From contig JAZDJR010000018.1 of the NCBI GenBank assembly GCA_043803815.1, positions 1 to 64,000 of the forward strand: a stretch of 64,000 nt of DNA. The letters are read 5' to 3'. Every line of letters begins with the position of its first letter. The first letter of the stretch is position 1. The position numbers and the translations under genes were made by a program. Source of the DNA: Candidatus Micrarchaeota archaeon. Lineage in GTDB: Archaea; Iainarchaeota; Iainarchaeia; Iainarchaeales; JAGVWC01. The notes under the pieces were generated by a model. The model worked only from the letters and a program-made list of their open reading frames with translations, made no database searches and was not told where the DNA came from. Below are positions 1 to 8,124 of the stretch, piece after piece.

Positions 1-7
1 TCCAAAG

Positions 8-114
8 AGCGGGGCGCAAGCCCCGCTGCGCCGACAAAAACAAAAATGATATTTCACACTAAAAAATAGTGCGACCTCTCATCTGCGGGTCTTCCGCTAC
101 GCTCCAGACCCGCA
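8..114. repeat. Two GC-rich perfect hairpins (REP-like)
   Basis: AGCGGGGC-GCAA-GCCCCGCT (8-27) and TGCGGGTCT-N13-AGACCCGCA (84-114) in AT-rich non-coding context. Confidence 0.5.
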
Positions 115-372
115 AGTATTCCCGGCCGCCTGAATAAAAAAATTGTTTCAACGTCCAAAAATTCAGGAATCGTATTCTTCATCTCGAACTTATGATACTT
201 CCTACAACCAACCCAGCCAAGTTAAGAGCAATGATGGAAAAGGACGCTTTGAATCGGACTTTGAATATAGAAAAAGAAAAAACCCCATAAAAAACAAAAA
301 TTGGGATTAGACCCGTTTGGATTTTCAACCCTTAAGGCTTTTATTCTACCGCGCTGTTTTATTTTCGATTTC

Positions 373-591
373 ATGCCTAAAATCTTAAGCGACAAAACCA
401 AGGGACTAAGCGACTCCGACCAGATGGTCATGGCCTTGTATTCCGAAAGCGACAATAACGGCTCGCCAAACTCCAACCGACAAGACGCCCTACGGCCGCT
501 AAAGACTCCTGATGACCGCATGGCCGACGAACTCTCAGATAACCGAAAAGGCGGGCTTTTGGACAAGTTTCGGCTTTCCAAGCGACTTTAA
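373..591 (+). CDS. Small hypothetical protein (72 aa)
   Basis: ATG at 373 within the ORF track entry 301..591; hydrophilic; no recognisable motif. Confidence 0.4.
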   Translation: MPKILSDKTKGLSDSDQMVMALYSESDNNGSPNSNRQDALRPLKTPDDRMADELSDNRKGGLLDKFRLSKRL

Positions 592-749
592 ATTTTGACC
601 TTAGTTAGTCCGATAAAATCGGTTTTTCAGCCAAAAGCGTGCGATATTTAAAGATTTAGGTGGAAGAGTTAGTAATTGTTGAATTTAGTGGTTAAACCGG
701 CGTTTTAGCCAGTTTTAACAACTTTAAGTGAATCTGGAGGATTGAAAAC

Positions 750-2027
750 ATGGCAGAAAAGCCGCATTTGAACCTAATATTCATCGGTCACGTCGACCAT
801 GGAAAATCCACAACCGTCGGACGGCTGTTGTACGACACCGGAGCCTTGTCGGAACAAGAATACCGAAAATTGAAAGAAGAAGCCGACTCGCGCGGAAAAG
901 GTTCGTTTGCATTTGCGTATGCCATGGACCGCCTCAAAGAAGAGCGGGAACGCGGCGTCACCATCGATGTTGCCTACAAAAAATTCGAAGGCAAAAAAAA
1001 CATGTTCACGATTATTGACGCGCCCGGCCACAAAGACTTTGTCAAAAACATGATTACGGGAACAAGCCAAGCCGACGCAGCCGTTTTGGTGGTTGCGGCC
1101 AAAGAAGGAATCCAGCCGCAAACCAAAGAACACGCGTTTTTGGCGCAAGTAATGGGCTTAAAGCAATTGATTGTCGCCGTCAACAAAATGGACGAAGTCA
1201 ATTACACCGAAGCCAAATTCAACGAAACCAAAGAAGCCATGACCAAATTACTGCAAGGCGTCGGATACAAAATGGACATGGTCAAGTTTATCCCTATCTC
1301 CGCATTTTTAGGGGACAACGTAGCCAAAAAAAGCGAAAAACTCGGCTGGTTCAAAGGACCGACCTTGGTTGATGCCTGCGACGAACTCATCGCCCCAAAA
1401 ATGCCGACCGATTTGCCCTTGCGGCTGCCCATTCAGGATGTTTACAGCATCAAGGGAGTCGGCGTCGTTCCGGTCGGACGAATCGAAACCGGAGTCTTGC
1501 GGCCCGGCGACAAAATCATCATCATGCCGTCCGGCAAAACCGGCGAAGTCAAAACCGTTGAAATGCACCACGAACAATTGCAAAAAGGAATGCCCGGAGA
1601 CAACGTCGGATTCAACCTGCGCGGAATCGAAAAACAGGATATTTCGCGCGGAATGGTCATGGGACCCGCGGACAACCCGCCTTCGGTTGCCGCCGAATTT
1701 GAAGCGCAAATCGTCGTTTTGAACCACCCCAGCGCAATCGCCGTCGGATACACCCCTGTGTTCCACATGCACACCGCACAATTGTCGTGCACGTTTACGG
1801 AACTCAAAAAAACAATGGACCCCAAAACCGGACAAGTCAAGGAAACCAACCCGAAATTCCTGAAAACCGGAGACGCAGCCGTTGTTAAAATCAAGCCGTT
1901 AAAGCCGGTTTGCGTGGAAGAATTCAAAAAATTCCCGCAATTGGGGCGCTTTGCGATCCGCGACATGGGCCAGACCGTTGCCGCAGGAATCGTTTTGAGC
2001 GTTACTCCGGCAATCGCCAAAAAATAA
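750..2027 (+). CDS. tuf: Translation elongation factor EF-1alpha
   Basis: [26 protein letters not shown] motifs; GGAGG RBS. Confidence 0.99.
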   Translation: MAEKPHLNLIFIGHVDHGKSTTVGRLLYDTGALSEQEYRKLKEEADSRGKGSFAFAYAMDRLKEERERGVTIDVAYKKFEGKKNMFTIIDAPGHKDFVKNMITGTSQADAAVLVVAAKEGIQPQTKEHAFLAQVMGLKQLIVAVNKMDEVNYTEAKFNETKEAMTKLLQGVGYKMDMVKFIPISAFLGDNVAKKSEKLGWFKGPTLVDACDELIAPKMPTDLPLRLPIQDVYSIKGVGVVPVGRIETGVLRPGDKIIIMPSGKTGEVKTVEMHHEQLQKGMPGDNVGFNLRGIEKQDISRGMVMGPADNPPSVAAEFEAQIVVLNHPSAIAVGYTPVFHMHTAQLSCTFTELKKTMDPKTGQVKETNPKFLKTGDAAVVKIKPLKPVCVEEFKKFPQLGRFAIRDMGQTVAAGIVLSVTPAIAKK

Positions 2028-2113
2028 ATTTTTTTTAGTTTATTTTTTGGCCATTCATTTTTTTTAACAAACGATGAATTAGTCGTTTTTGACTAACGAA
2101 ACAGGAAAAGCAA

Positions 2114-2422
2114 ATGCAGAAAGCCCGAATCAGCTTAAGTTCGCCGGACTATAAGCTAGTCACGCAAATTGCCGAGCAGATAAAAGAAATTTCTGGCAAA
2201 ACCGGCGCCAAGCACTCGGGAATCATTCCCATGCCCACCAAAAAACTGGTTATCCCAACGCGCCGCGGTCCTTCCGCCGGCGGAACCGAATCCTACGAAA
2301 AATGGCAGATGCGAATCCACAAGCGCCTGATTGACATTTCCGCGGACGAACGCACTCTGCACCGCATTATGCGCCTCGACATTCCCGAAAACGTCCACAT
2401 GGAAATCGACTTAATCGGATAA
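2114..2422 (+). CDS. rps10: 30S ribosomal protein uS10
   Basis: MQKARISL...WQMRIHKRLIDI; follows tuf. Confidence 0.97.
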   Translation: MQKARISLSSPDYKLVTQIAEQIKEISGKTGAKHSGIIPMPTKKLVIPTRRGPSAGGTESYEKWQMRIHKRLIDISADERTLHRIMRLDIPENVHMEIDLIG

Positions 2423-2549
2423 ACCGAAATTCCGAAAAAACATAAAAAAACGCCTTTTCGACAATCGACTGATTTTTTCTTGTTTCTTAACGGCATTACC
2501 GCAATTGTTATTGAAAATCGCACTCCAAAATCATTAAATATAACTTCAA

Positions 2550-2565
2550 GTATAATTTGTTATAC
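2550..2565. promoter_or_regulatory. Putative antitoxin operator
   Basis: GTATAA-TTTG-TTATAC palindrome between TATA-like TTAAATA (2534-2540) and the antitoxin start. Confidence 0.55.
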
Positions 2566-2575
2566 AGGTGATTTA

Positions 2576-2779
2576 ATGGAAGTGCTGGTTAAAACGCGAA
2601 AACTGGGTGGTTCGCTGATTGTGACGATTCCAAACGATGCGGTGAAAAAAATGGATTTAAAGGAAAACGAAACCGTTTCCTTGTCGCTTAACCGCCCAAA
2701 AAAAAGCTATTTTGGAATAGCCCCCAACATTTCGGCTTTCACGGAGAAGGATCGCTTTGACTATCGTCGTTCCCGTTAG
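2576..2779 (+). CDS. AbrB/MazE-family antitoxin (VapB-like)
   Basis: KTRKLGGSLIVTIP AbrB signature; GGTGA RBS; overlaps downstream PIN gene. Confidence 0.9.
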   Translation: MEVLVKTRKLGGSLIVTIPNDAVKKMDLKENETVSLSLNRPKKSYFGIAPNISAFTEKDRFDYRRSR

Positions 2780-3158
2780 ATTTGTTTTTGATTCCAGCGC
2801 GTGGATTGAATACCTGCGCGGAACGCCCGCTGGAAAAACGGTTGCGGCTATTTTGGAAAACGAAAAAAGCGTCGTATTGACCCCGAATATTGTCGCCGCG
2901 GAAGTCATCAGCAAAATGACCCGTGAACACGGGCCTGTTGCGGAAAGCATCGAATCCATTTCAAACCAATCCATACCGCCGCTTGAAACCCGCCACGATT
3001 ATTTTTTGGCCGGCCAGTTGCATGCCGAACTGCGTACAAAAATGAAAAATATCAGTCTGGCGGACGCCGTCATTTTGACGCTGGCCGAAAAAAACAGCGC
3101 CCGAATCGTGACCAAAGACCGCCACCTCAAAGGCAAAAACACGGTTTTTATCGGTTAA
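2757..3158 (+). CDS. vapC: PIN-domain toxin (VapC)
   Basis: FDSSAWIEY, AEV, SLADA, IVTKDRH PIN motifs. Confidence 0.92.
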   Translation: MTIVVPVRFVFDSSAWIEYLRGTPAGKTVAAILENEKSVVLTPNIVAAEVISKMTREHGPVAESIESISNQSIPPLETRHDYFLAGQLHAELRTKMKNISLADAVILTLAEKNSARIVTKDRHLKGKNTVFIG

Positions 3159-3192
3159 ACAAAAGTTCACAAACCGAAGGTTGAGTCGGCTG

Positions 3193-3957
3193 CTATTTTT
3201 CTTTTTTCAAAAACCGGATAACGCGTTCCAAAATCAAGCCATAGTGCGGCTGCAAATTTTCAAGCGTTTCCAAGGCATCCAGTGAAACCAGACGCGCGTT
3301 TATGATTTCGCCGTTAGCCGCGTTGACTTTTCTGGCCGCTTCTTGCAATGTTTTTAACGAAACGCGGGCCAAATAATTGTGGCCTTTCAAATAGGCTTTT
3401 CCGGCCCCCGCTTTTTTGGCAAAGTCCACGGGTGCAACCGACTGAATCGCGTCGATTTCGTGCTCTTGAACCCCGACTTCTTCGGCCAGTTCGCGCATGG
3501 CGTGCTTGTAGCCCGTTTCGCCGGCTTCGAGTTTTCCCGTTCCGCCCAATACTTTGGCTTGCGGCCATGTTTTGGTTTCGGCGGGATTTCGCTCGGCAAC
3601 AAAAACAAATTTTCTTCCTGTTTGAGGGTCAACCGCATACAAGATGGTTGAAGCCACGGGATTAATCAGGGAATAGTTCGTCATTTGTTCGGGAGTTTTC
3701 CGGTTGGCCTTAAAATAAGCCGAGCGCTCGCTTGCACGGGCGGCAAGGGCTGGTTTGAACCGGCTAAGCAGTTGTTTTTGCCTTCGCGCGGCCCGCTTGT
3801 CGCCGGCTTTCATTTTTTGGATTTCGCGGACGAACTTTTTCTTGATGATTAGTTGCCGTTTGGTTGATTCGGGTAATGCGGCCCAGGAACGCTGTTTTTT
3901 TTTCCCTGAATACGATCCTGCGGGACGGATTGTTCTGTTCGAACTTGTTTTTGGCAT
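3193..3957 (-). CDS. NUDIX hydrolase with long basic N-terminal extension
   Basis: Nudix box GKLEAGETGYKHAMRELAEEVG; start placed at MPKTSS (alternative 3981). Confidence 0.8.
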   Translation of the reverse strand: MPKTSSNRTIRPAGSYSGKKKQRSWAALPESTKRQLIIKKKFVREIQKMKAGDKRAARRQKQLLSRFKPALAARASERSAYFKANRKTPEQMTNYSLINPVASTILYAVDPQTGRKFVFVAERNPAETKTWPQAKVLGGTGKLEAGETGYKHAMRELAEEVGVQEHEIDAIQSVAPVDFAKKAGAGKAYLKGHNYLARVSLKTLQEAARKVNAANGEIINARLVSLDALETLENLQPHYGLILERVIRFLKKEK

Positions 3958-4062
3958 AATCAAATTACCCAAGACAGGCATATATGTCTTTCGGCGATGT
4001 AGGGATTTTGATATCCTAAAAAATGAACCGTAGTTTTTTATTTTGCAACCAAATAATCGTTT

Positions 4063-4686
4063 TTATTCCTTGTCGACTAATGGCATAAATACGAATTTTC
4101 CTTTGCTAAAACCCAGTAAAAGTATATTGTGGCGGGCCCAATTTGTTCTTCTTGAAATGGTTCCGGTTACTTGCGATAAGTTCTTTTTTGAAATACGGCT
4201 TTGATTTTTTTTGCATAAATTATCAAAAAAAAGGGTGGCCGCTCCGGTTCCTTCTCCCCCATACAATATATCGGCCACGTTCGGCGCCCGTGTTTTAGCC
4301 ATCGCGATAAGGTCTTGGCTGATTGCATATGCCCTCGGTTCCAAAAGGATATAATCTTTTGTTCCAAATTTTTTGTTGTGCTTTCTAACTTTTTGTTTTA
4401 CAAAGTCAATTACTTCTTGGGCGGAAGCATTATCGGCTCTTTTTATTACAAGGGATGTGCTTGGATAATTTCTAGAAATATTCATTTGCCTGACTCGCCT
4501 ACTGGGGTACTGTGTATCGGTCGGCAAAAGATGAATTGTTCCCCATTCAGGGTCTGTCAAATCTTGAATCGATTGCAGATGACGGCGGGTATCGATGTTT
4601 TTCATTTTCCCTAAAAAACGGTCAATTACAGGCGACATCCGTTTAAGACGCGCAATCAAAGCGGGGGATAACGATTTTCTCGGCAT
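4063..4686 (-). CDS. Hypothetical protein, degenerate protein-kinase-like fold
   Basis: ATG at 4686 just after the upstream gene; LVIK, IAM, NILL and terminal LVD segments in kinase order. Confidence 0.6.
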   Translation of the reverse strand: MPRKSLSPALIARLKRMSPVIDRFLGKMKNIDTRRHLQSIQDLTDPEWGTIHLLPTDTQYPSRRVRQMNISRNYPSTSLVIKRADNASAQEVIDFVKQKVRKHNKKFGTKDYILLEPRAYAISQDLIAMAKTRAPNVADILYGGEGTGAATLFFDNLCKKNQSRISKKNLSQVTGTISRRTNWARHNILLLGFSKGKFVFMPLVDKE

Positions 4687-4697
4687 ATACCTTCCAT

Positions 4698-5726
4698 TCA
4701 TTGTTTCTTGTATTTTTGCAGTTGTTCGGTGACGTATTCGAGTTTTACTTTGGCCGCGGAAAAATAGTCTTCGCTTTCTTTTCCCGCGTGGTATTTGCGG
4801 TCGCATACGACGCGCTTGATGCCGACGCCGATGATGAGCATGGCGCAGACGCGGCAAGGCGTCATTTTGCAGTACAAAGTCGTTCCTTCCAAGGAAATTC
4901 CCAGTTTGGCGGCTTGTATTATCGCGTTTTGTTCCGCGTGGACTGTGCGGACGCAGTGCCAGCTTTCCGAGCCGTCCTCGTGCACGGTTTTTTTCATCTG
5001 GTGGCCGACTTCGTCACAGTGCGGCTGTCCCGGAGCAGAGCCGACATATCCAGTAGTCAGGATATGTTTTTCGCGGACGATTACGCAGCCGCTTCTTCCG
5101 CGGTCGCAGGTGGCGCGCTTGGCAACCACGCGCATCAGTTCCATAAAATAGTCGTCCCAGCTTGGCCTGCGGTAAACAAAGCGGAGCTTGTCCAAAAACG
5201 CTTCGGTTTGCTCAAGCAGTTCTTCAATCGTTCCTTCATTGGTGAGGACAAAATCAGCCATTTCTTTTACTTTGACCAATTGCTGACCCGCGCTGTTGGG
5301 GTTTTCGTATTCGAGGGCTTCGACGCGCTTGAATTCGGAAATGGTGCGGGCTTCTTTTTCGCGGTTTCTTTTTTTGGCGCGTTCAAACCGGACTTCAACG
5401 GGGGTGTCCAAAAAAATCAGGTAAAAGTCCGGTTGTTTTTTGAGTTCCTCAACTTCTGAAGGATTGCGGATAGAAACAAAGCAATAATTGGTGCCTTCGC
5501 TGATTCCGGCAAGCACGCGTTTGGCCAAAACCGAGTTGCCTTCCTGTTCGCGCAGTTCGGTACCCAGTTTAATCAGGTTTTCGCGGGTGATTTCTATTCC
5601 GCGGACGGTTGATTCCTTGCGCAGTTCGTCCGACAAGGAACGGCGGACAAAACCCTTGTTTTCCAAAAACTCGGCCAAGGTGTCTTTTCCCGCGGCAAAA
5701 AAACCCGTAATTCCAAGCAGCATCAT
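4698..5726 (-). CDS. P-loop nucleotide kinase / dCMP deaminase fusion
   Basis: N-terminal GFFAAGKDT P-loop and SIRNPSE; C-terminal RPSWDDYFM, HAEQNAI, PCRVC zinc deaminase motifs. Confidence 0.92.
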   Translation of the reverse strand: MMLLGITGFFAAGKDTLAEFLENKGFVRRSLSDELRKESTVRGIEITRENLIKLGTELREQEGNSVLAKRVLAGISEGTNYCFVSIRNPSEVEELKKQPDFYLIFLDTPVEVRFERAKKRNREKEARTISEFKRVEALEYENPNSAGQQLVKVKEMADFVLTNEGTIEELLEQTEAFLDKLRFVYRRPSWDDYFMELMRVVAKRATCDRGRSGCVIVREKHILTTGYVGSAPGQPHCDEVGHQMKKTVHEDGSESWHCVRTVHAEQNAIIQAAKLGISLEGTTLYCKMTPCRVCAMLIIGVGIKRVVCDRKYHAGKESEDYFSAAKVKLEYVTEQLQKYKKQ

Positions 5727-5834
5727 TATCCCCAAAAAACGCTACTGTATTTCGCTGAAAAACGCATAAAAAACCATTGATGGTCTGCTACATAATTTGG
5801 GTTTGTTTTTAATCTTTCTTTTCCTTTTTGGGTT

Positions 5835-6266
5835 ATGCGGTTTCGGGTGCTTAAAGACGAATCCATGGCGGATGTGGCCTTGGAGGCTTTTGGCAAGACC
5901 GAGTCCGAATTGTTTGAAAACGCGGCTTTCGCCTTGTTTGAGCAAATGGCGGACACCAAAAAAATCGGGAAAAGCCAAAAATCGCGGATTGCGGTAAAAG
6001 ACCCGGATTTGGAGCGGTTATTGTACGGTTTTTTGTCGGATATCGTGTTTCGAAAGGACACGGAGCGCACGGTTTTTTCGGCGATTGAGGCCAAGGTTTT
6101 CAAAAAAGGCGGGGAATGGATTGGCCAGGCGCTCTTAACCGGCCAAAAAGTGGCGGATGTTTTGCCGTCGGTTCTTCGCACGGACGTGAAAGCGGTTACG
6201 TTTTACGGTTTTAAGATTTCAAAAACAAAATCGGGATTAAAAGTAAAAATCGTTTTGGACATTTAG
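5835..6266 (+). CDS. Archease
   Basis: ADV..EAFG...ELFENAA and DVKAVT...VLDI motifs; near rtcB. Confidence 0.92.
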   Translation: MRFRVLKDESMADVALEAFGKTESELFENAAFALFEQMADTKKIGKSQKSRIAVKDPDLERLLYGFLSDIVFRKDTERTVFSAIEAKVFKKGGEWIGQALLTGQKVADVLPSVLRTDVKAVTFYGFKISKTKSGLKVKIVLDI

Positions 6267-6274
6267 GAATTGCA

Positions 6275-6559
6275 ATGGCTGAAAAATTTTCGAACGAAGA
6301 AATTGTGCGTCGACTTGCCGACCTGCCGGGCTGGCAGTTTAACAAAAGCGAAATCGTTCGCCTGTTTGAATTCGAGAATTTTAAAAAATCGGTGCAGTTT
6401 GTCAACCGCATCGGTTTAAGCGCGGAAAAAATGAACCATCACCCCGATATTTTGATTCAATACGACAAAGTCCGGGTTTCGCTTTCCACCCATCCCGAAG
6501 GAGGGATTACGCAAAAGGATTTTGATTTGGCGTTTGAAATAAACGGGTTGTTTGGATGA
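6275..6559 (+). CDS. Pterin-4-alpha-carbinolamine dehydratase
   Basis: AEKMNHHPDI...LSTH..GGIT..DF.LA. Confidence 0.93.
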   Translation: MAEKFSNEEIVRRLADLPGWQFNKSEIVRLFEFENFKKSVQFVNRIGLSAEKMNHHPDILIQYDKVRVSLSTHPEGGITQKDFDLAFEINGLFG

Positions 6560-6738
6560 AAAAAATTCCGAGATATCCGACTTTTGCGAGGGATTTTGCG
6601 GCGGCTAAAGCGGCTAAAAGCGGGAAAAAGAAGCGTCCGCCGCTTTGGGAACTTTTGGCCAAGATTCGCACGGCCGAACAGATGAAAAAACGCGCATTGG
6701 AACTCCAAAAAGCCCAAAAACAGCCGCAAAAAAAATAA
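6556..6738 (+). CDS. Small basic hypothetical protein
   Basis: ATGA overlap with upstream gene; fills the gap in the operon. Confidence 0.5.
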   Translation: MKKIPRYPTFARDFAAAKAAKSGKKKRPPLWELLAKIRTAEQMKKRALELQKAQKQPQKK

Positions 6739-6786
6739 TCCGAAAAAGCGGCAACCGATACAAAAAATTAAAGCAAAAAAATAACG

Positions 6787-7506
6787 GTGAAGGTTTTGGA
6801 AACCAAAACAATCGCAAAGTGGATTGCAATCCGGCTTGAAAAAAAAGCCAATTTAAAGCGGGCGGCGGGTTCGTTTGCGTATTTTAAGGAAAAAATTAAT
6901 CCGCGCGGAGTAACGGTTCCCAAAGTGCGGGAAATCGAAAAAGAACTGTGGAACCTGCACCAAAAAGAGTTTTCCTTGGATTTTTGTCTCGACCTTACGG
7001 AAGAATTATTCCAAAGCGGTTATTGGGAAGACCCCGTCGTTGGAATGGGGCTTGTGCGGCGATTCGAAAACGAGTTCGATGAAACCACCTTCAAACGGTT
7101 TGAAAACTGGGTCAAAAAATACGTTTCCAATTGGGCGCATTGCGACGACTTATGCAATCATCTGGTCGGTTCGGTTTTGGAAAACCAACCCGAACTGGCC
7201 AAACAAGTCGTTGGGTGGGCAAAATCCGAAAACCGATGGGTACGGCGAGCGGCGGCGGTTTCGTTTATTCTTCCCGCGCGAAAAGGGTTATTTGAAAGGG
7301 AAATCCTTGAAATTGCAGAGCGGTTGTTTTCCGATAAAACGGACGATTTGGTGCAAAAAGGCAACGGCTGGATGCTTCGGGAATACGGCAAAACTCAGCC
7401 CAAAAAGCTTTTGGCTTTTCTTAAAAAACACAGGGAAAATATTCCGCGCGTGACTATGCGCTATGCCTTGGAAAAATTTTCCGCCAAGGAGAAAAAAGGG
7501 CTTTAA
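6787..7506 (+). CDS. DNA alkylation repair protein (AlkD-like HEAT repeat)
   Basis: NWAHCD, SENRWVRR, VQKGNGWMLRE, RYALEK. Confidence 0.9.
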   Translation: MKVLETKTIAKWIAIRLEKKANLKRAAGSFAYFKEKINPRGVTVPKVREIEKELWNLHQKEFSLDFCLDLTEELFQSGYWEDPVVGMGLVRRFENEFDETTFKRFENWVKKYVSNWAHCDDLCNHLVGSVLENQPELAKQVVGWAKSENRWVRRAAAVSFILPARKGLFEREILEIAERLFSDKTDDLVQKGNGWMLREYGKTQPKKLLAFLKKHRENIPRVTMRYALEKFSAKEKKGL

Positions 7507-7509
7507 GCA

Positions 7510-7565
7510 ATATGCATTGAATGAACATTAAGTATATAATCCAATGCACATTTAATGCATATGTG
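7510..7565. promoter_or_regulatory. Putative RHH antitoxin operator
   Basis: ATATGCATT (7510-7518) / AATGCATAT (7554-7562) inverted repeat flanking a TATA-like box; AATGCA at 7543 and 7554. Confidence 0.5.
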
Positions 7566-7570
7566 ATAGC

Positions 7571-7807
7571 ATGAATGTCAATTTGGGTACGCCGTACGAG
7601 GCAATTGTGGAAAAAGTCATTGAAAAGGGATATGCGGGAAACCAGACCGAGGTTATTCGCCAGGCCTTGCTTGCGTATGAGCGGGCTTTGGAAGAAGAAG
7701 AAGTTCAACTTGTGCACAAGGCAGTTGAAATCGAAGCGCAGGAAATTCGTGAGGGAAAAGTGAAAACCAAAACCCACGAAGAATTGAAAAAGAAATACGG
7801 CTTGTGA
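7571..7807 (+). CDS. Ribbon-helix-helix (ParD/CopG-like) antitoxin
   Basis: MNVNL...GYAGNQTEVIRQAL; precedes RelE-like gene. Confidence 0.85.
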   Translation: MNVNLGTPYEAIVEKVIEKGYAGNQTEVIRQALLAYERALEEEEVQLVHKAVEIEAQEIREGKVKTKTHEELKKKYGL

Positions 7808-7811
7808 GCGC

Positions 7812-8075
7812 ATGAAAATCGTTTATCGCCCCGAAGCGGAAGAACAACTGGACAAAATGGACGCCGGTCTTCGCAGGCTTTTTTTTAAGCATGCCGAAAA
7901 AGTTTCCCAAATGCCGCCCAAGCGCCACCTGCGATTCGGGATTCCGCTTCATTGCGAGGAAGTAACACGCCAAGCGCGATTGGTTTACCGCTTTGAGGAC
8001 GAAAACACCTGTCAGATTTTTCGGTGCTTTACTACCCATAAGGAATACGAACGCTGGTACAAATCATACAAATAA
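7812..8075 (+). CDS. RelE/ParE-family toxin
   Basis: MKIVY...A..QLDK.D, RLVY, H.EY RelE-like pattern. Confidence 0.8.
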   Translation: MKIVYRPEAEEQLDKMDAGLRRLFFKHAEKVSQMPPKRHLRFGIPLHCEEVTRQARLVYRFEDENTCQIFRCFTTHKEYERWYKSYK

Positions 8076-8124
8076 GCCAAACCAAAAAAAAGGTTTTAAA
8101 TTCTCGAATTGACTGGAATATACT

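Noticed and set aside
750-2027. Inteins in EF-1alpha, RtcB or aIF5B
   Set aside because: Lengths are canonical and there are no intein splice motifs.
2017-2050. 12-bp inverted repeat at the tuf stop; hairpins at 46326-46406
   Set aside because: Best explained as ordinary terminator or stability elements at gene ends.
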